Assembly: GCA_010015805.1 (NCBI GenBank)
Contig: ML978122.1
Location: 1,522,453-1,586,452, forward strand
From: Rhizodiscina lignyota
Lineage: Eukaryota
DNA length: 64,000 nucleotides
Direction: 5' to 3'
The notes under the pieces were generated by a model. That model made no database searches and had not been told where the DNA came from. It saw only the letters and a program-made list of their open reading frames with translations. A program made the translations under genes and the position numbers. Of the stretch, positions 25,531-37,894 are shown one piece after another (within the stretch, counting starts at the first letter, position 1; every line of letters begins with the position of its first letter).

Positions 25531-28500
25531 TTAATTCAACTCCGCTAGAGTCTGCAGCCACACATCATCATTTGCGCTCGGAAACTCTACAAAGTCGGCT
25601 TTTGCCCATTCTTGAGCCCATTGCATTGGCTCTGACGTATCCTCGGTCGTCCGTCCAGTGGTGCTGGCTTCAGTCACGACCAAAGTAGATGCTTCGACGC
25701 CTTGTTCGGCAACAGTAGGTCTGTCAGAATTCGCATCAGTGATAGACAACTCGTTCTGCGAGGAGTATTCTGGCGCAACGGTCGAGGGGCCTAAGGGAAT
25801 TGAATGAGGTCGCGTCTGAAAAATGTCTTGCGCCGATTCTGATGGAGTCGAGTCAAGTATTGCTGATATTGGCTCAGCATTGTCTTGGTTGAAGAGCTGA
25901 GTTGGGCTAAGAGCGCTAGTCCGCGAAGCGATCTGGTGGTCCTGAAGTATCTGCTGCTCAAACTCTTCAACAGCGGTTTGAACTACATCTTGGATCTGTA
26001 CACGAACTCTTTGGAAGAGCTCTTCCACCCTCCTTCTCACGGCTGCACTATCCAACAACCCTGTATGTGAGGGCGTTTGGTGGGGATAATCGTAATCTGG
26101 AGAACCTGTCAATATAATGAGACTTTCGAAATAAGCTTGGGATGCCTTACAAGGAGAAGGTATTTGATTTTCAGGTACTTGGGGAAACAATATCCGGTAG
26201 ACTCTGCACCACTTTTCTTCTGTGCATTTATTGGACTTGGTTCTCTTACTCCTTAGCTCTCGTTCCTGGTCTTTAGTGAGTCCTTCCAGGACTCGGGTTT
26301 GATTGAGTTCACAAGGCACGGTTTGCTGTTGATGGCCGAACAATTCGGATTCAGACTGAAACTGGCAGCCGCAGCGAGAGCAAGCGATTGGACGAGTATG
26401 ACGTCGGTACAAGTGCTCCCTATGTGTTTATTAGTTCTCACATAGCGTATACTCATGTGGCGGGCCACATACTTCAGTCGATGTATACTCGGCCAGCCTG
26501 GGCCACTGCAGGCGCTTGCATTGCCATAACGACAAGGGTCATGTTTAAAATAAGGACATGCCAGCTTTCGAGGACTCCCTAATTCGGATATTTGTCGCTG
26601 TTGTTTATTTGGTCTTTCTTCATCGTTTTGATCATCGCGGTTGCCATCCTCCACAGATGAATACCTGCGCTTCTGTACACCACGATACAGCTGCTGATCC
26701 AAATTCTGCTGATTTGAAGCAATGTCTTCCTTATTACTCGAGCCTCTTTGTGATGCACCTTCCGCACATTGCCTTATCGCGTTTGTTGATCTAATTGCGC
26801 TGCCAAGGATATCGACAGCCTCCCGATAAACATGTTGCGTCAAATGGCTAGTAGTTATCGTATTGGTCGTCAGGGTATCCAAACAACGTTTTAAGATTCC
26901 GCAGGCTGTCAAGTGGTCAGGATCCGAAAAAACTGACGACCCGCTACTTTCTGGCGATCCAGTCTCCATCATATCCACTGTAGAGGGTGATTCAGCGCCG
27001 GAAGAGTATGAGGACACGGGAGTGTCGGCCGCCCCAGTTATGCAAGAGATCTCCGGAGAAGATTTGGTGCTTTCGGTAGATATTTCGCTTTCGATAGATA
27101 GAGGACTGGAAGAATCAGTGATCCGTACATACATTCAAAGCGATGATACGTACATTTGAGCAGTATTGCATTCATCGACCTTATCGTGCAACTGATCTTG
27201 TTCATCTTTCTCGTGAAACATATAGGATAGCTCTTGCTCCATGATGCCCACAAGCTCGTCGCATTTGTCACTCGTCGTCGAGTGTCCTACATTGAGTGGT
27301 TTGCAGTTTGTCCACATAATGGGGTGACCAGGATTTCCCTGATCAGGATCTTCGGCCGACAAAAAATAAGCTCCAGTCACCACGCCTAGTTCGTCCCGAT
27401 AGACTATGTCAGATCTCGAAAACTCAAAGCCTTGCTTGTAACCATGCTCTGTTATGTCTTCGTCTCGAGATGTTGTTCGCACGGACTTTGCTTCGTTTTG
27501 AGGCGGAGATTGCGGTATGTCGTTTGGAGCCAGTGACGTCGCTGTACTGGAGGTATCGGCGTTCTGGGGCGTATAAATGGAAGATCCGAGGGAAGATTCG
27601 AGGGAAGACCCTGGGGAAGATGCTATATCTGCAAATGTCATGTTTGCCGGAAGACATCTGATAGGGGTGTCGACTAGTCTCTGAGTACGGCTATTTTGTA
27701 CGCCGGGCACTCCACTCCTCCGGATGCGGCGGAGAGATTGATCTTGAGCAACTAAGTCGGCGTTGGATTTTGGTGAGGCTGGCATGCCAGCACTGTACGA
27801 AGCGCTACGAAGGGCCACCTGGCCCAGAGCCGCAGGCCTAGGCTGTTGTCGACCCGAAGCAAGACTGGAAGGTTGCTTGAAAGAGAAGATGGAACTTTCT
27901 GAGTGCTGTTGAATACCCATGCTACTCATTGACTCATTCAAACCATTCTTCGTTGCGGGTGTGGAACATAAGCCTTGCTGTTCGCTATTAGGTTGAAGTG
28001 TGGCATAGTGAGAATCGTTCAAAGCCATGTAAATTGGCTCTGCAATGATCTCACCTAGGTCGATAGCCTCCGTAGGGTAGCTAGAAGGAGTTAAATTATT
28101 CATGATATCTTCGCTCGGCGCTGTATGATGCGGCTCCTGGATGGATCCGAGCACCTCGTTAACCTGCGAATGCGACAATGAGCAGCTAGGGGGACTTACA
28201 GCAGGGACATTGTTTATCTGAGCTATTGATAACTGTTGCTGATACTTGTTATACACGTCCATCTGTTTCTTGCAATCCTGCTTGACATGTGCTCTCCGAT
28301 TCTGGAACCAGTTCTGCGACAGGTAAGCAGCAATATGATCCAGAGACACAGCAAGTCGTACATTGATCTTGTCTAAAGGTACGCCTAGACTCTCTGCAAA
28401 ACCATTTTTTGTATTTTTGCTAGGCTTTGCCTGCTGTTGGAAGTGTGCCTCGAGAATGTCATGTTGCTCCCTTGTAAGGCGAACGAAGTTCGGAACAATA

Positions 28501-28754
28501 TGTATCGCTGGCGGCAGTGGCAGCGGTAATTTACTTGGTAATGGACTGCAGAAATCAATAAGTATAAAAACTAATGATCATAGCGTAACCACGTACTAAT
28601 CCGCGATCTTGATGTTTTCTCTCACATCCGCGTTTAGGGCGGCCCCAACCCCGGTGACATTTTGCAGAGGTTCTGACCCCAAGTCTCCGTCAGGATCGTT
28701 AGATTCGGTCTGCATGGAATTGGCCTCTGCATTTGGCAACTGCAAGGCAGACAT
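25531..28754 (-). CDS. Homeodomain (Pah1/HbxA-like) plus 'LACPYFKH' C2H2-like zinc-finger fusion protein, about 989 aa
   Basis: Exons 28754-28597, 28545-28362, 28313-27154, 27105-26473, 26419-26151 and 26096-25531 sum to 2970 nt with five phase-compatible GT-AG introns. Homeodomain RLTREQHDILEAHFQQQAKPSKNTKNGFAESLGVPLDKIN|NWFQNRRAHVKQ. Finger module KLACPYFKHDP...RLK|EHLYRRH...CSRC. The start could lie further upstream. Confidence 0.82.
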
Positions 28755-30469
28755 TATAGCATGATTGTTATTAAGTTCCGCCTCGCTCACTTGTTGGCCA
28801 ATCTAAGGGCACATAGGCAATCACAGTGGCATATGAAATATGAAGGTAAGAAAGGAAAGACCAAAAAGCGGCTTGGCGGTAGCGAAAGAGTATGAAGGAG
28901 TTGTGAGGTGGGGCTCAAGATACATATCCAACTTTCCGGTCAGCTGTGCGCAAATGCGCGTTCTGAGGGGTTGATTTGATTGGTGGCACAGCTGTTGTGG
29001 CTTTTCGAAACTGTAGTGGAGCTCGGCTCGACATGCGTGCCACTTTATTACTTCGTTTATGTTTCTTGTACAATTTTGCGGATCCACAGACTATCGCAAA
29101 CGAGATCAATGAACAAGCAGAGCAAGATATGAATGATGTGGGCAGCACTCTGAAAATTGATTGGACAATTGCCGCTGAAGAAATGAAGACATGGAGCGGT
29201 TGATTCGGTCAGCCTTGAGCCCTGGTCATCCGCTAAGTAATGCGCATCTGCGCGTTCGTTGGGGAATGCCTTGCAAATGCCCAAATCAGCTCTTGCAAAA
29301 TTGTACCCTGCTAGTGTGTTTGCGCGACAAATCTGGGGTCTGGCGAAAGCAAAATTATAGAGATGTAAGAAGTGGCGCGATCAAAGCCAAATGAAGACTT
29401 TCACACGCATCTGAGCGCAGGAAGTTTGGCAGATATGCACCGTAGGCTCTTGACGGCAAGAGTCCTGCGCAAATGCGTCAGTCCGCGAAAATGGCATATG
29501 AATTGCTCCAGCGCAGTACCAGAGAAGCGTCCGGAAGGAACAGAACATGTCGAGTATATATTACATTCAGAATCGAACAAAAGTTTGATGGAAACTGGAC
29601 AATTCGATTCGATCGACGGTGACATCCTGTTCCATGAAGGTGGACGGAATTTGCATCAAGTGACAATTACAGGACAGTTGAGTCCAACATGGCAGCAGAT
29701 GCTACTTCTGTTGCCTTCAGGACGTCAGCCAGTGGGATGCAAACATGTGGAAGTCAAGAAGGAAAGCTCGCGAAGTGAGCCAGTACCATCCCCCAAATTG
29801 GTGAAATTGACGAATCCAGCAGGCACTCAGAGGCCCCACGAGAGTCATCCAGCAGTCTTGCTCGTTTCATCTACGACACCTCAGCATTTGCCGATCGTCT
29901 TGTGACGGACCTGCCGATGCGGGAGAACACTGAGCTATTCGCCCGCGTGGACGAGCTGCGTCAAAGGACAGGAGTAAAGGCGGCTAGGAACGACGAAAAC
30001 CGCCTGAACTTATAACTGGGTGCATAATAGGACTTGCGAAGAGTGTCCCAGTAGCAAGGAGAAAAGATGACAAGGGCGTTTTACTCAATAATGAGCAAGT
30101 GACAGACCTACGAGACCTGACGTTTGAAGACGAGGCAAGAACCAAAAGGAAGAAAGTGGTCGATACTCTGAAAAGTGACTGATTCGACGTTGAGCGCAGA
30201 ATGCTGTGGAATGGTAGACTCCAGTCAAAGTTCAAGCGACATTCCCACGCACGGATGCTTCTCCGCCGCTCATGCTGAGACGTCATTTCGGCTGTCACCA
30301 AGCGCTTTTACATGAACGGTCCATAGACGGTTGGAAAGTCAATAATCTTGGTTTGTGCAGCTGAAATCAAAGCGAAACAATGTACTATGAAATGATGTAC
30401 TTTTGAAGCGGCAATCGCGCATGTGAAAGATAAGCCTATTCAACGCGACCAGATCGCCGAAGCAACGTA

Positions 30470-30506
30470 GATAAAGGACAAGACGATAAAGGATGAGACG
30501 ATAAAG
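30470..30506 (+). promoter_or_regulatory. Three GATAAAG motifs at 15-bp period (candidate GATA-factor sites)
   Basis: GATAAAG at 30470, 30485 and 30500, plus GATAAG at 30429; about 500 bp upstream of CHO2. Confidence 0.35.
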
Positions 30507-31004
30507 TCACTTTCCCCCAGGCAATTTCTCATGGAACTTACCACTTTCCCCTCCCACATTAAATTCATATATGAAAGACTTGGCTCAATCCCACGCATGG
30601 ATGCGAATGAAAACCTTGCGGGTCATGCTCCGACCAACACCATTGGATTTGGCGCGTGGTGGACACTCCCCCTGCAAATGCATCCACCACGCCCAAGCTG
30701 CTATAGCCGGGCAGAATTACGTCAAGACTGTGTTGTAGCTGCCGGCAAACACTGCTTTCGAAACCCTCGAATTGAGCGAGCTGAATCCTTCTTTATGCCG
30801 CCGCATTTCGACCGATTTTGGACCTCAACACAGACCCTGTCCCTCCATCCTCTCAACATCGCTCTTCCTCGATCAACTCCGCAAGGGAATACGTCAACCG
30901 TATTCTGGCCCCTCTACCCCGCCGATTGAAGGTTCAACACCTCTGCCATATGGTTTCTGTCCCAGAATCAGCGCCAATTCCTTTGTGTAACCGGTAGTAC
31001 TGTC

Positions 31005-34000
31005 ATGAGTAGCACCAGCCAAGATGCGACGGCTTCCGCGTCTTCGGGAGACCTGCGAGCGAGGTTAAAACAACAACCAGAACAACCGCAACGCGCTACA
31101 ACCGAAGATGACGCCAGGAAAGCCGTCGAGGAGCTCAATGCCACGGACTATTCAAAGGACAGCGAGCGCAAAGAATCCGGGGAGAACAGGACGTATGGGA
31201 GGACACCAGATGGAACGGGTACGTGCTTATATTTCATTTGCTGAGCGGTGCATATCAACCGCGCTGCACAACTTGTAGTTGGGGTTAGCTACTACCATGA
31301 CTGACGAATCGGGCAATTCTATCAATCCACTCGTACCCGCGAAGAACGGTGAATTGAGGTGCGGTTAACTAACAATTGCTCTTACAGTTTTTACTGTCCC
31401 GCAGACCCATGACATGGTCTCACAGCTCTTCTCGCCCACCGAACCCAAGAACGTGTCCGACTTCATCCTCATAGCCATATTAGCGTTCCATGTGTCTATG
31501 CTCGTATGGATACCTCAGAGCGTCCGAGTACCCGTTCTCGCACTTGTGTACATCTTCTGGCGAGCGGCTTACAACGTCGGCATTGGATGGCTCCTGCATG
31601 AACAGTCACACCACAGGCGGCTAGTGCGATGGGCAAAGCAGTCGAGAATATTCGAGGACCCAGCCAAGGGCAACAATCCTCATCCACGATTATACAAGTT
31701 TATGAAGCGGGAGTTCGAGACAAAGGTCCCTGAGGACTATAAGTTCGACGAGGCCCCGCTCGAGTACAACACTTGGCTGCTATTCCGCAGATTCGTTGAT
31801 GTAATCCTGCTATGTGACTTTGTTGCATACTGCACTTTTGCAATCGCGTGTGGTGGCCGCCCTGAGAATGAAGGCTTCGCGCTCACTATTGCGAGATGGA
31901 TTGGCGGCATTATCCTGTTCCTATTCAACCTCTGGGTCAAGCTCGATGCCCATCGAGTTGTGAAAGATTTTGCCTGGTACTGGGGAGATTTCTTCTTCCT
32001 TATTGATCAAGAGCTTACATTCGACGGTGTCTTCGAGATGGCTCCGCATCCAATGTACTCTGTGGGTTATGCGGGCTACTATGGGATATCGCTCATGGCC
32101 GCAAGCTACAAAGTGCTGTTTATATCAATTTTGGGACATGCCGCCCAACTGACATTCCTAGCGCTGGTCGAAAATCCTCACATTGACAAAACGTACAGCG
32201 CCCCTCCGCCACGCAAACGAAAGGTTTCAGATGACAGCGGAATGGCGAGACCTCAGAGCCCGGACAACAGTACCGAGGCAGACGGTGCCACTTTTGGCGA
32301 GTCGCAGCCGTATTCTGTCCAAGGCCTTAAAGGTCTCATGAATGTGGATATCCACCATATGATCTACTTCGCCACGGGCCTCAGTGTCGGACACCTAGCA
32401 GTGCTTACTCTTCTCACACCCTCCACGCCCCTCTATCAGGCTCTGTTCGTTATCAATGCGCTTGGCTGGCGCCTCTGGTTCTCTCTTGGCATCAGTTATA
32501 TTCTCGATCGGCAGTCTACAAAGAAGTCCTGGACGCGGCACTTTATCAAATACGGCGAGACATCTGCTGAAGCCTGGAAACAGTGGAAGTTGTTATACCA
32601 CCTCAGCCTGAGCATGACACATGCATCCTTTATCGCCGCGGCGCTGAAGATGTATGCACTGCCAGATGACTGGACGCACGGCTTCGTTCTGTTGCGGCAT
32701 GTGCTTGGTCTGGCTCTTGTAGCACTGCAGATATGGACGGCCGTTAGCATTTACGACTCGCTTGGAGAATTTGGTTGGTTCTTCGGTGACTTTTTCTTCG
32801 ATGTTCCAGGGCACAGGCTCACTTACTCTGGTATCTATCGATTCTTGAACAATCCGGAGAGAGTGCTTGGATTGGCTGGACTTTGGGGCGTTGCATTGAT
32901 TACGTCGAGCACGAGCATTTTCTTCCTCGCACTCCTGAGCCATATCCTATCACTTGGATTCATCCAATTCATTGAGCGACCGCACATGCAGCGCAGATAT
33001 GGAGAGACGATCAGAGATCAATCAGGCTTGAGTAAGAGTATCAGGAGGACGTTGCCGGATCCGATAAAGCATTGGCAAGGTAGCGTCGACAGAGTCTTAG
33101 AAGAGACTATGGAATATGTCGAAGAGGTCATCGAGACTGCCAGACCGAAACTAGCCAAAGGAGTGGGAACCATCTTCAGCGATACCAGGAAGCTATTCCG
33201 CCAGTATCCAGCTCGTATCAGCATCACCAGAGTTGCGCCAGAACTCGCGGACATAGATCCTCAAGACTACAAGCTTGAAATTGAGGGCAGCGAGAGCGGG
33301 GCGCTCCGGCAGATGGAACTGAGCAGAGGCATAGTTGACGCTGATGCGAGAGGTGGGAAGCAGAGCAGCAATGGCTTCAAGGCGCTCATGTTTGAATACG
33401 GCACTCCGATTAAGGTCAAGTGGACCGCTCCGAAGCGCCACTCGAAGAAAGATTGGGTTGGCCTGTACATGGTGAGCGACAATGACAGCAGGGAAATAAC
33501 GAGGCTGGCGAGCAATGGTCGATGGATTCCAACGAACAAAGGCGAGTATGATTCCGACACTGCTGAACTGGGACTCTTGACCAGCGACATGCCGGTCGAG
33601 TCGGACGGCGACGTTGAGCAGGTCTGCGGCGAGATGGTGTTCGAGGGAGATAAATTGTTCTGGACGACGGGCGTTCTCGAGTTCCGCTACCACCACGCCG
33701 GGAAACACAGCGTAATGGCTATCTCATTGCCCTTTGAGATCCGCATTCCACGATTCGATGAGGACGACGCGGAGATCGATGCGAATGGCATGTTTCAGAC
33801 TGCAGTGGAACAGGCGCTATTGCCGGTGGTGAGGAACTGTTTTAATAGGGACCCGGAGATTGCACCGAATACGGTGGAGGAAGAATACGGGGATCTGATC
33901 ATGAGGGAGGGCAAGTGGGCGAAGAGAGTGGTATTTGCCGTGCACCAGATGTTTGTGCTCCTTTTAATGATTATGCGATTCGGGAGTATGTTGCTAACGA

Positions 34001-34210
34001 GATTAGGTTTGGTATTGAATTTGCACCTGAAGTCGTCCAAGCGGACGGCACGGTGAGGAAGCTGGCGTGGAGAATTTGCAATGCGAAGAAAGTGCTGGTG
34101 AGTACATGGACCCAGCTCCCCTACAACGATATATTCTGATGCAGTACCCATAGGCGCCTTACAGTATGTCATCAAAGCAAGGTCGATCGACGCCGACAGG
34201 ATCGAGATAG
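31005..34210 (+). CDS. CHO2: Phosphatidylethanolamine N-methyltransferase
   Basis: [67 protein letters not shown] and [11 protein letters not shown]...[12 protein letters not shown]. Introns 31219-31387, 33951-34006 and 34098-34153. Confidence 0.96.
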
Positions 34211-34843
34211 ATGTCGAATGGCTCGAGGTTGCCACCGTCTGACCTTCCAAGACTCAACCGTTTCCTTCCTTTTGCCTTACGGTTGTAAATGACGTTCACG
34301 CCGGCGATAATAACATAAGTGCCAACCAAAAGTATTTCAGCTTGCGCGATTATCATGACTGGTGGAATTATGTTATCAACAAGAAGTACAAAGTCGATAT
34401 CCCATAGAATGAATATAGCATACAATCTAAATTTGTACCACCAGTGGATTGAAATGTGATGTGTCTAGATGTACATTGGTTGAGCTTCAAATATAGATTG
34501 TCTCAAGCACGTATGCATAAGTTTTGTTGTAAAGTTCCGCCTAGTTTACAGAAACTCTGTGTTTGTTCGAACCCTCGTGCAGCGAAGTGTTCGAGGTAGC
34601 AGAAGCCACCTCAGTCTGGCTTCGACACTTGAAGTACTCAAACTTTGAATAATCATTCGAGAACCAAAAATCTGTATCAAATAGTAAGATACCTTAGTGC
34701 CCAAACTTAGTCGCAACGTGAGGTGAGCACCTCAGTCAACCCCGTTGGCACGTGATCATAAAAAATTCTTCATATTGGCTCCCGGCGATTCTTGTTTCTA
34801 TTTCCACAGCGGTTTTCATTACATATTTCAACATCGGTTCATC

Positions 34844-35499
34844 ATGTCGGCGATCGGATCTCTCGTCTTCTGCACAGACTGCGGAAATTTATTAGATGGC
34901 AGCGGGGGTGATGAAAAGGCGATATTACTATGCGATGTCTGCGGCGCATCAAATCGAGGTACGGAACCGTCCCGATTTTCAGAAAATCCTATAAAAAGGA
35001 TTTGGCCTTTCATTTCAAGCTTTTGTCTTATTCGTCTCTACGATTGTTTCTTCATTCGATTCTTTTCCCTTGAACGCAGCGTTCTGTCTTATCGCAGGAA
35101 AATGTCTTCTTGCAGAAAAATTATTTGCCTCTCAACGGCGTTTTCATTAGTGGAATCTTTTCAATCTCATATCTGACCTCTATATACTAGACACATCCGC
35201 GCGCACGATAAAGACAGTCAGCCAACCGTCCGCCTTCCCGTCAAGTCTGCGCCAGCGTCTACGCTCCGATGTGCAGACCGCGTCAACGGACGATGATCCG
35301 CGTAGTAAGGACGCCGTCATCCAAGAGAGGTGCGAGAAGTGCGGGAGGGAGGAGGTCCGGTTCTACACGCAGCAGTTGAGGTCGGCGGATGAGGGTAGCA
35401 CAGTGTTTTATCATTGCGAGTGTGGGAATAAGTGAGTAACTTTTCCCATGTGTTGAGATTGAAGACTAATGAGGGAACAGGTGGACGGCGAATAATTGA
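34844..35499 (+). CDS. RPA12: RNA polymerase I subunit A12.2
   Basis: MSAIGSLVFCTDCGNLLD...CDVCG and a C-terminal ribbon CEKCG...QLRSADEGSTVFYHCECG. Introns 34959-35190 and 35432-35480. Confidence 0.95.
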
Positions 35500-35705
35500 T
35501 TCCCCTGGATTGCAATGTTTTTTGGCGTTATGATAAAAGGAGGCCATGTCTATCTGCATTCTCCAATATTTACTGCATTAAAAGCTGGGATCCGAACGCT
35601 GGAGTAAAGGTATTCTTTCCTTTCAGGAGATTAGAAAGATTTTCGAGGGTCGATTCGATAACCCCCAATGGTGCTCCCAGCTTAACCAAAGTATCGTGTT
35701 GCCTT

Positions 35706-36423
35706 TCACATGGGCATCCGCCTCATGTCATCAATAGACCAATACTTCCTCATATTCTCCGCTCCCAGCTGCTTCACCTCATCTTCTAAATGTTGCCACA
35801 GCACCGTCCCAAAGCTATCCATAATCTCCTTCAACTCCTCTAGCCGCAGCTCCCTCTCACCCCTCTGACAGGCCCGCAGATACTCTTCCATCTTGTCCAT
35901 ACCCTTGTGAATCTCCTTGTGCTGGGTTAACAGCTCCATTTCCTTCTTGAATGACGGCATGCGCGTTGCGAGGAGGGGGAAGACGTGTCGTTCTTCGATA
36001 CCATGGTGCGTCTCAAGGTGGTGTAGGAAGGTCTGGCCGAGAGAGATGAATTGGCGGAGGGACATGTTGGACGGGCGCTTGGACGTTTCGCAGGCTTTGT
36101 AGAGGATATTCCATGTTGAGCGGAAGTTGTTGTGCTGATTCTTGTCAGTGGCTGATTGTCTGGAAGCTATAGAGAAATGTACGTACGAAGTAATCCATAT
36201 GCTCCGCCAAGGAATTATAGATTGAAAACTCCATCGCACTGAGCTTGGGCAGCTCTTCTTTCTTGTTACACTGGTCCCCCGCCGCCAATTCCTCTTGCTG
36301 TTTATCAGTTGGCTCCGCCATGCTGGACAGTTGTCGACGACCGACAACAGACGAAATCCTAGGAAACGAACGAGAAGACAGAGGCTTTACTAGACCTCCA
36401 AAGATACTCCGCATGCTCCACAT
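35706..36423 (-). CDS. Hemerythrin/HHE cation-binding domain protein
   Basis: YNSLAEHMDYF|HNNFRSTW, HHGIEERHVFPLL, QHKEIH and HLEDEVKQLGAENMRKYW. Intron 36135-36186. In-frame ATGs at 36423, 36414 and 36321. Confidence 0.9.
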
Positions 36424-36717
36424 CCATCATGAAGGAGCAATCGTCAGCATATGAATATGATTTCGGGACATTCCTGATATCTAGAGGTCGGCGATTGTAG
36501 AGCTGCTAGCATAATCTTTCAGCCTCAACGCGAGAGCGGCGCGCTTCCGCGCTTGGACGTTGGCCGGATCGGCTCGCTGCCAGATCCGGGCCTGATTCGG
36601 CTTATCTAATCTCGACCATCTCGACCCCATGCATATGGCTTGGCGATCAGGAAAAAGTGCTGCAGCTTCGCCAATGTCACTCATTGTTCACATTCAAACC
36701 TACCGCACACTGTGAGC

Positions 36718-37734
36718 ATGGCCCCATCAGCGACGGCTGACGAGACAGCCGTTGCGTCAGACCCTGCCATCTTACAACTCCGCAAGCTCCTGACCTCCGA
36801 AACTACGCCCCTCGCAAAACGCTTCCGCGCTTTGTTCTCTCTAAAGCATCTCGCGTCTCTCTCCCCGCCGACGTCACAAACCGTGCCCGCAATTCAAGCA
36901 ATCGCAGCAGCATTCTCCTCGCCCTCGGCGCTCCTAAAGCACGAGCTCGCCTACTGCCTCGGTCAATCGCGTCACGATGCTGCCGTCCCGTACCTGCGCG
37001 CCGTCCTTGAAGACGCGAACGAAGACGCGATGTGCAGACACGAAGCCGCCGAGGCGCTCGGCGCTCTCGGCGACGTAGGAAGCTTAGAACTGCTGCGGAA
37101 GTTGAAAGACCAGACAGGCCTACCGGACGTGATAACAGAGACGTGCGCCATTGCTGTTGCGCGGATAGAATGGGAGCACTCGAAGCGTTCGCAGGAAGAG
37201 CAGTCGCATTTGAAGCAGAGCGATTTCGCATCGATCGATCCCGCTCCGCCACTTCCGTCCGATGATGCAATATCACACCTTCCGATAGAAGACCTGCAAA
37301 GGACGCTCCTAGACACAAAGTTGTCGCTGTTTGAGCGCTACCGCGCTATGTTCACCCTGCGCGACCTCGCTTCTCCGCCTGACCTTCCCACCGCCCTGCC
37401 CGCCATCGAAGCTCTTGCGTCCGGATTCACCGACCCTTCTGCCTTATTCAGGCACGAAATCGCGTTCGTGTTCGGACAGTTGAGCCATCCAGCTAGTATA
37501 CCCGCCTTAGTGACGACGCTGCGGAACACGAACGAGGTGGGTATGGTGCGGCACGAGGCGGCGGAGGCGCTGGGGAGTCTTGGAGAGGAGGAAGGCGTCG
37601 ATGCAATATTGAGAGAGTTTGTGGATGATGAGGAGCAGGTTGTGAGGGAGAGCTGTGTCGTTGCACTGGATATGGCCGAGTATGAGAGGAGTGGGCAGGA
37701 GGAGTATGCGCTTATGCCGGAGGTCGGGGCGTGA
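36718..37734 (+). CDS. LIA1: Deoxyhypusine hydroxylase
   Basis: HEAT-like repeats with four HE motifs: LLKHELAYCLGQ, MCRHEAAEALGA, LFRHEIAFVFGQ and MVRHEAAEALGS. Linker FASIDPAPP. Confidence 0.96.
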   Translation: MAPSATADETAVASDPAILQLRKLLTSETTPLAKRFRALFSLKHLASLSPPTSQTVPAIQAIAAAFSSPSALLKHELAYCLGQSRHDAAVPYLRAVLEDANEDAMCRHEAAEALGALGDVGSLELLRKLKDQTGLPDVITETCAIAVARIEWEHSKRSQEEQSHLKQSDFASIDPAPPLPSDDAISHLPIEDLQRTLLDTKLSLFERYRAMFTLRDLASPPDLPTALPAIEALASGFTDPSALFRHEIAFVFGQLSHPASIPALVTTLRNTNEVGMVRHEAAEALGSLGEEEGVDAILREFVDDEEQVVRESCVVALDMAEYERSGQEEYALMPEVGA

Positions 37735-37894
37735 GGTCAGTTGACATGGGCCTATTGAGATTTGGATTGCATTGCATCGGCGTTGTGGGTTATGATTGGG
37801 TCATGAATGGAAATGAGAAATGGTATTATGGAGGTATGGGATGAAATGAAGTCCATGTAAGCTTATACTGCTATAGTCATTTATCATCTTGGCC

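Noticed and set aside
27580..27620. 12-bp coding repeat (SSPG-SSLE-SSLG)
   Set aside because: Short slippage repeat in a disordered linker of the homeobox fusion gene.
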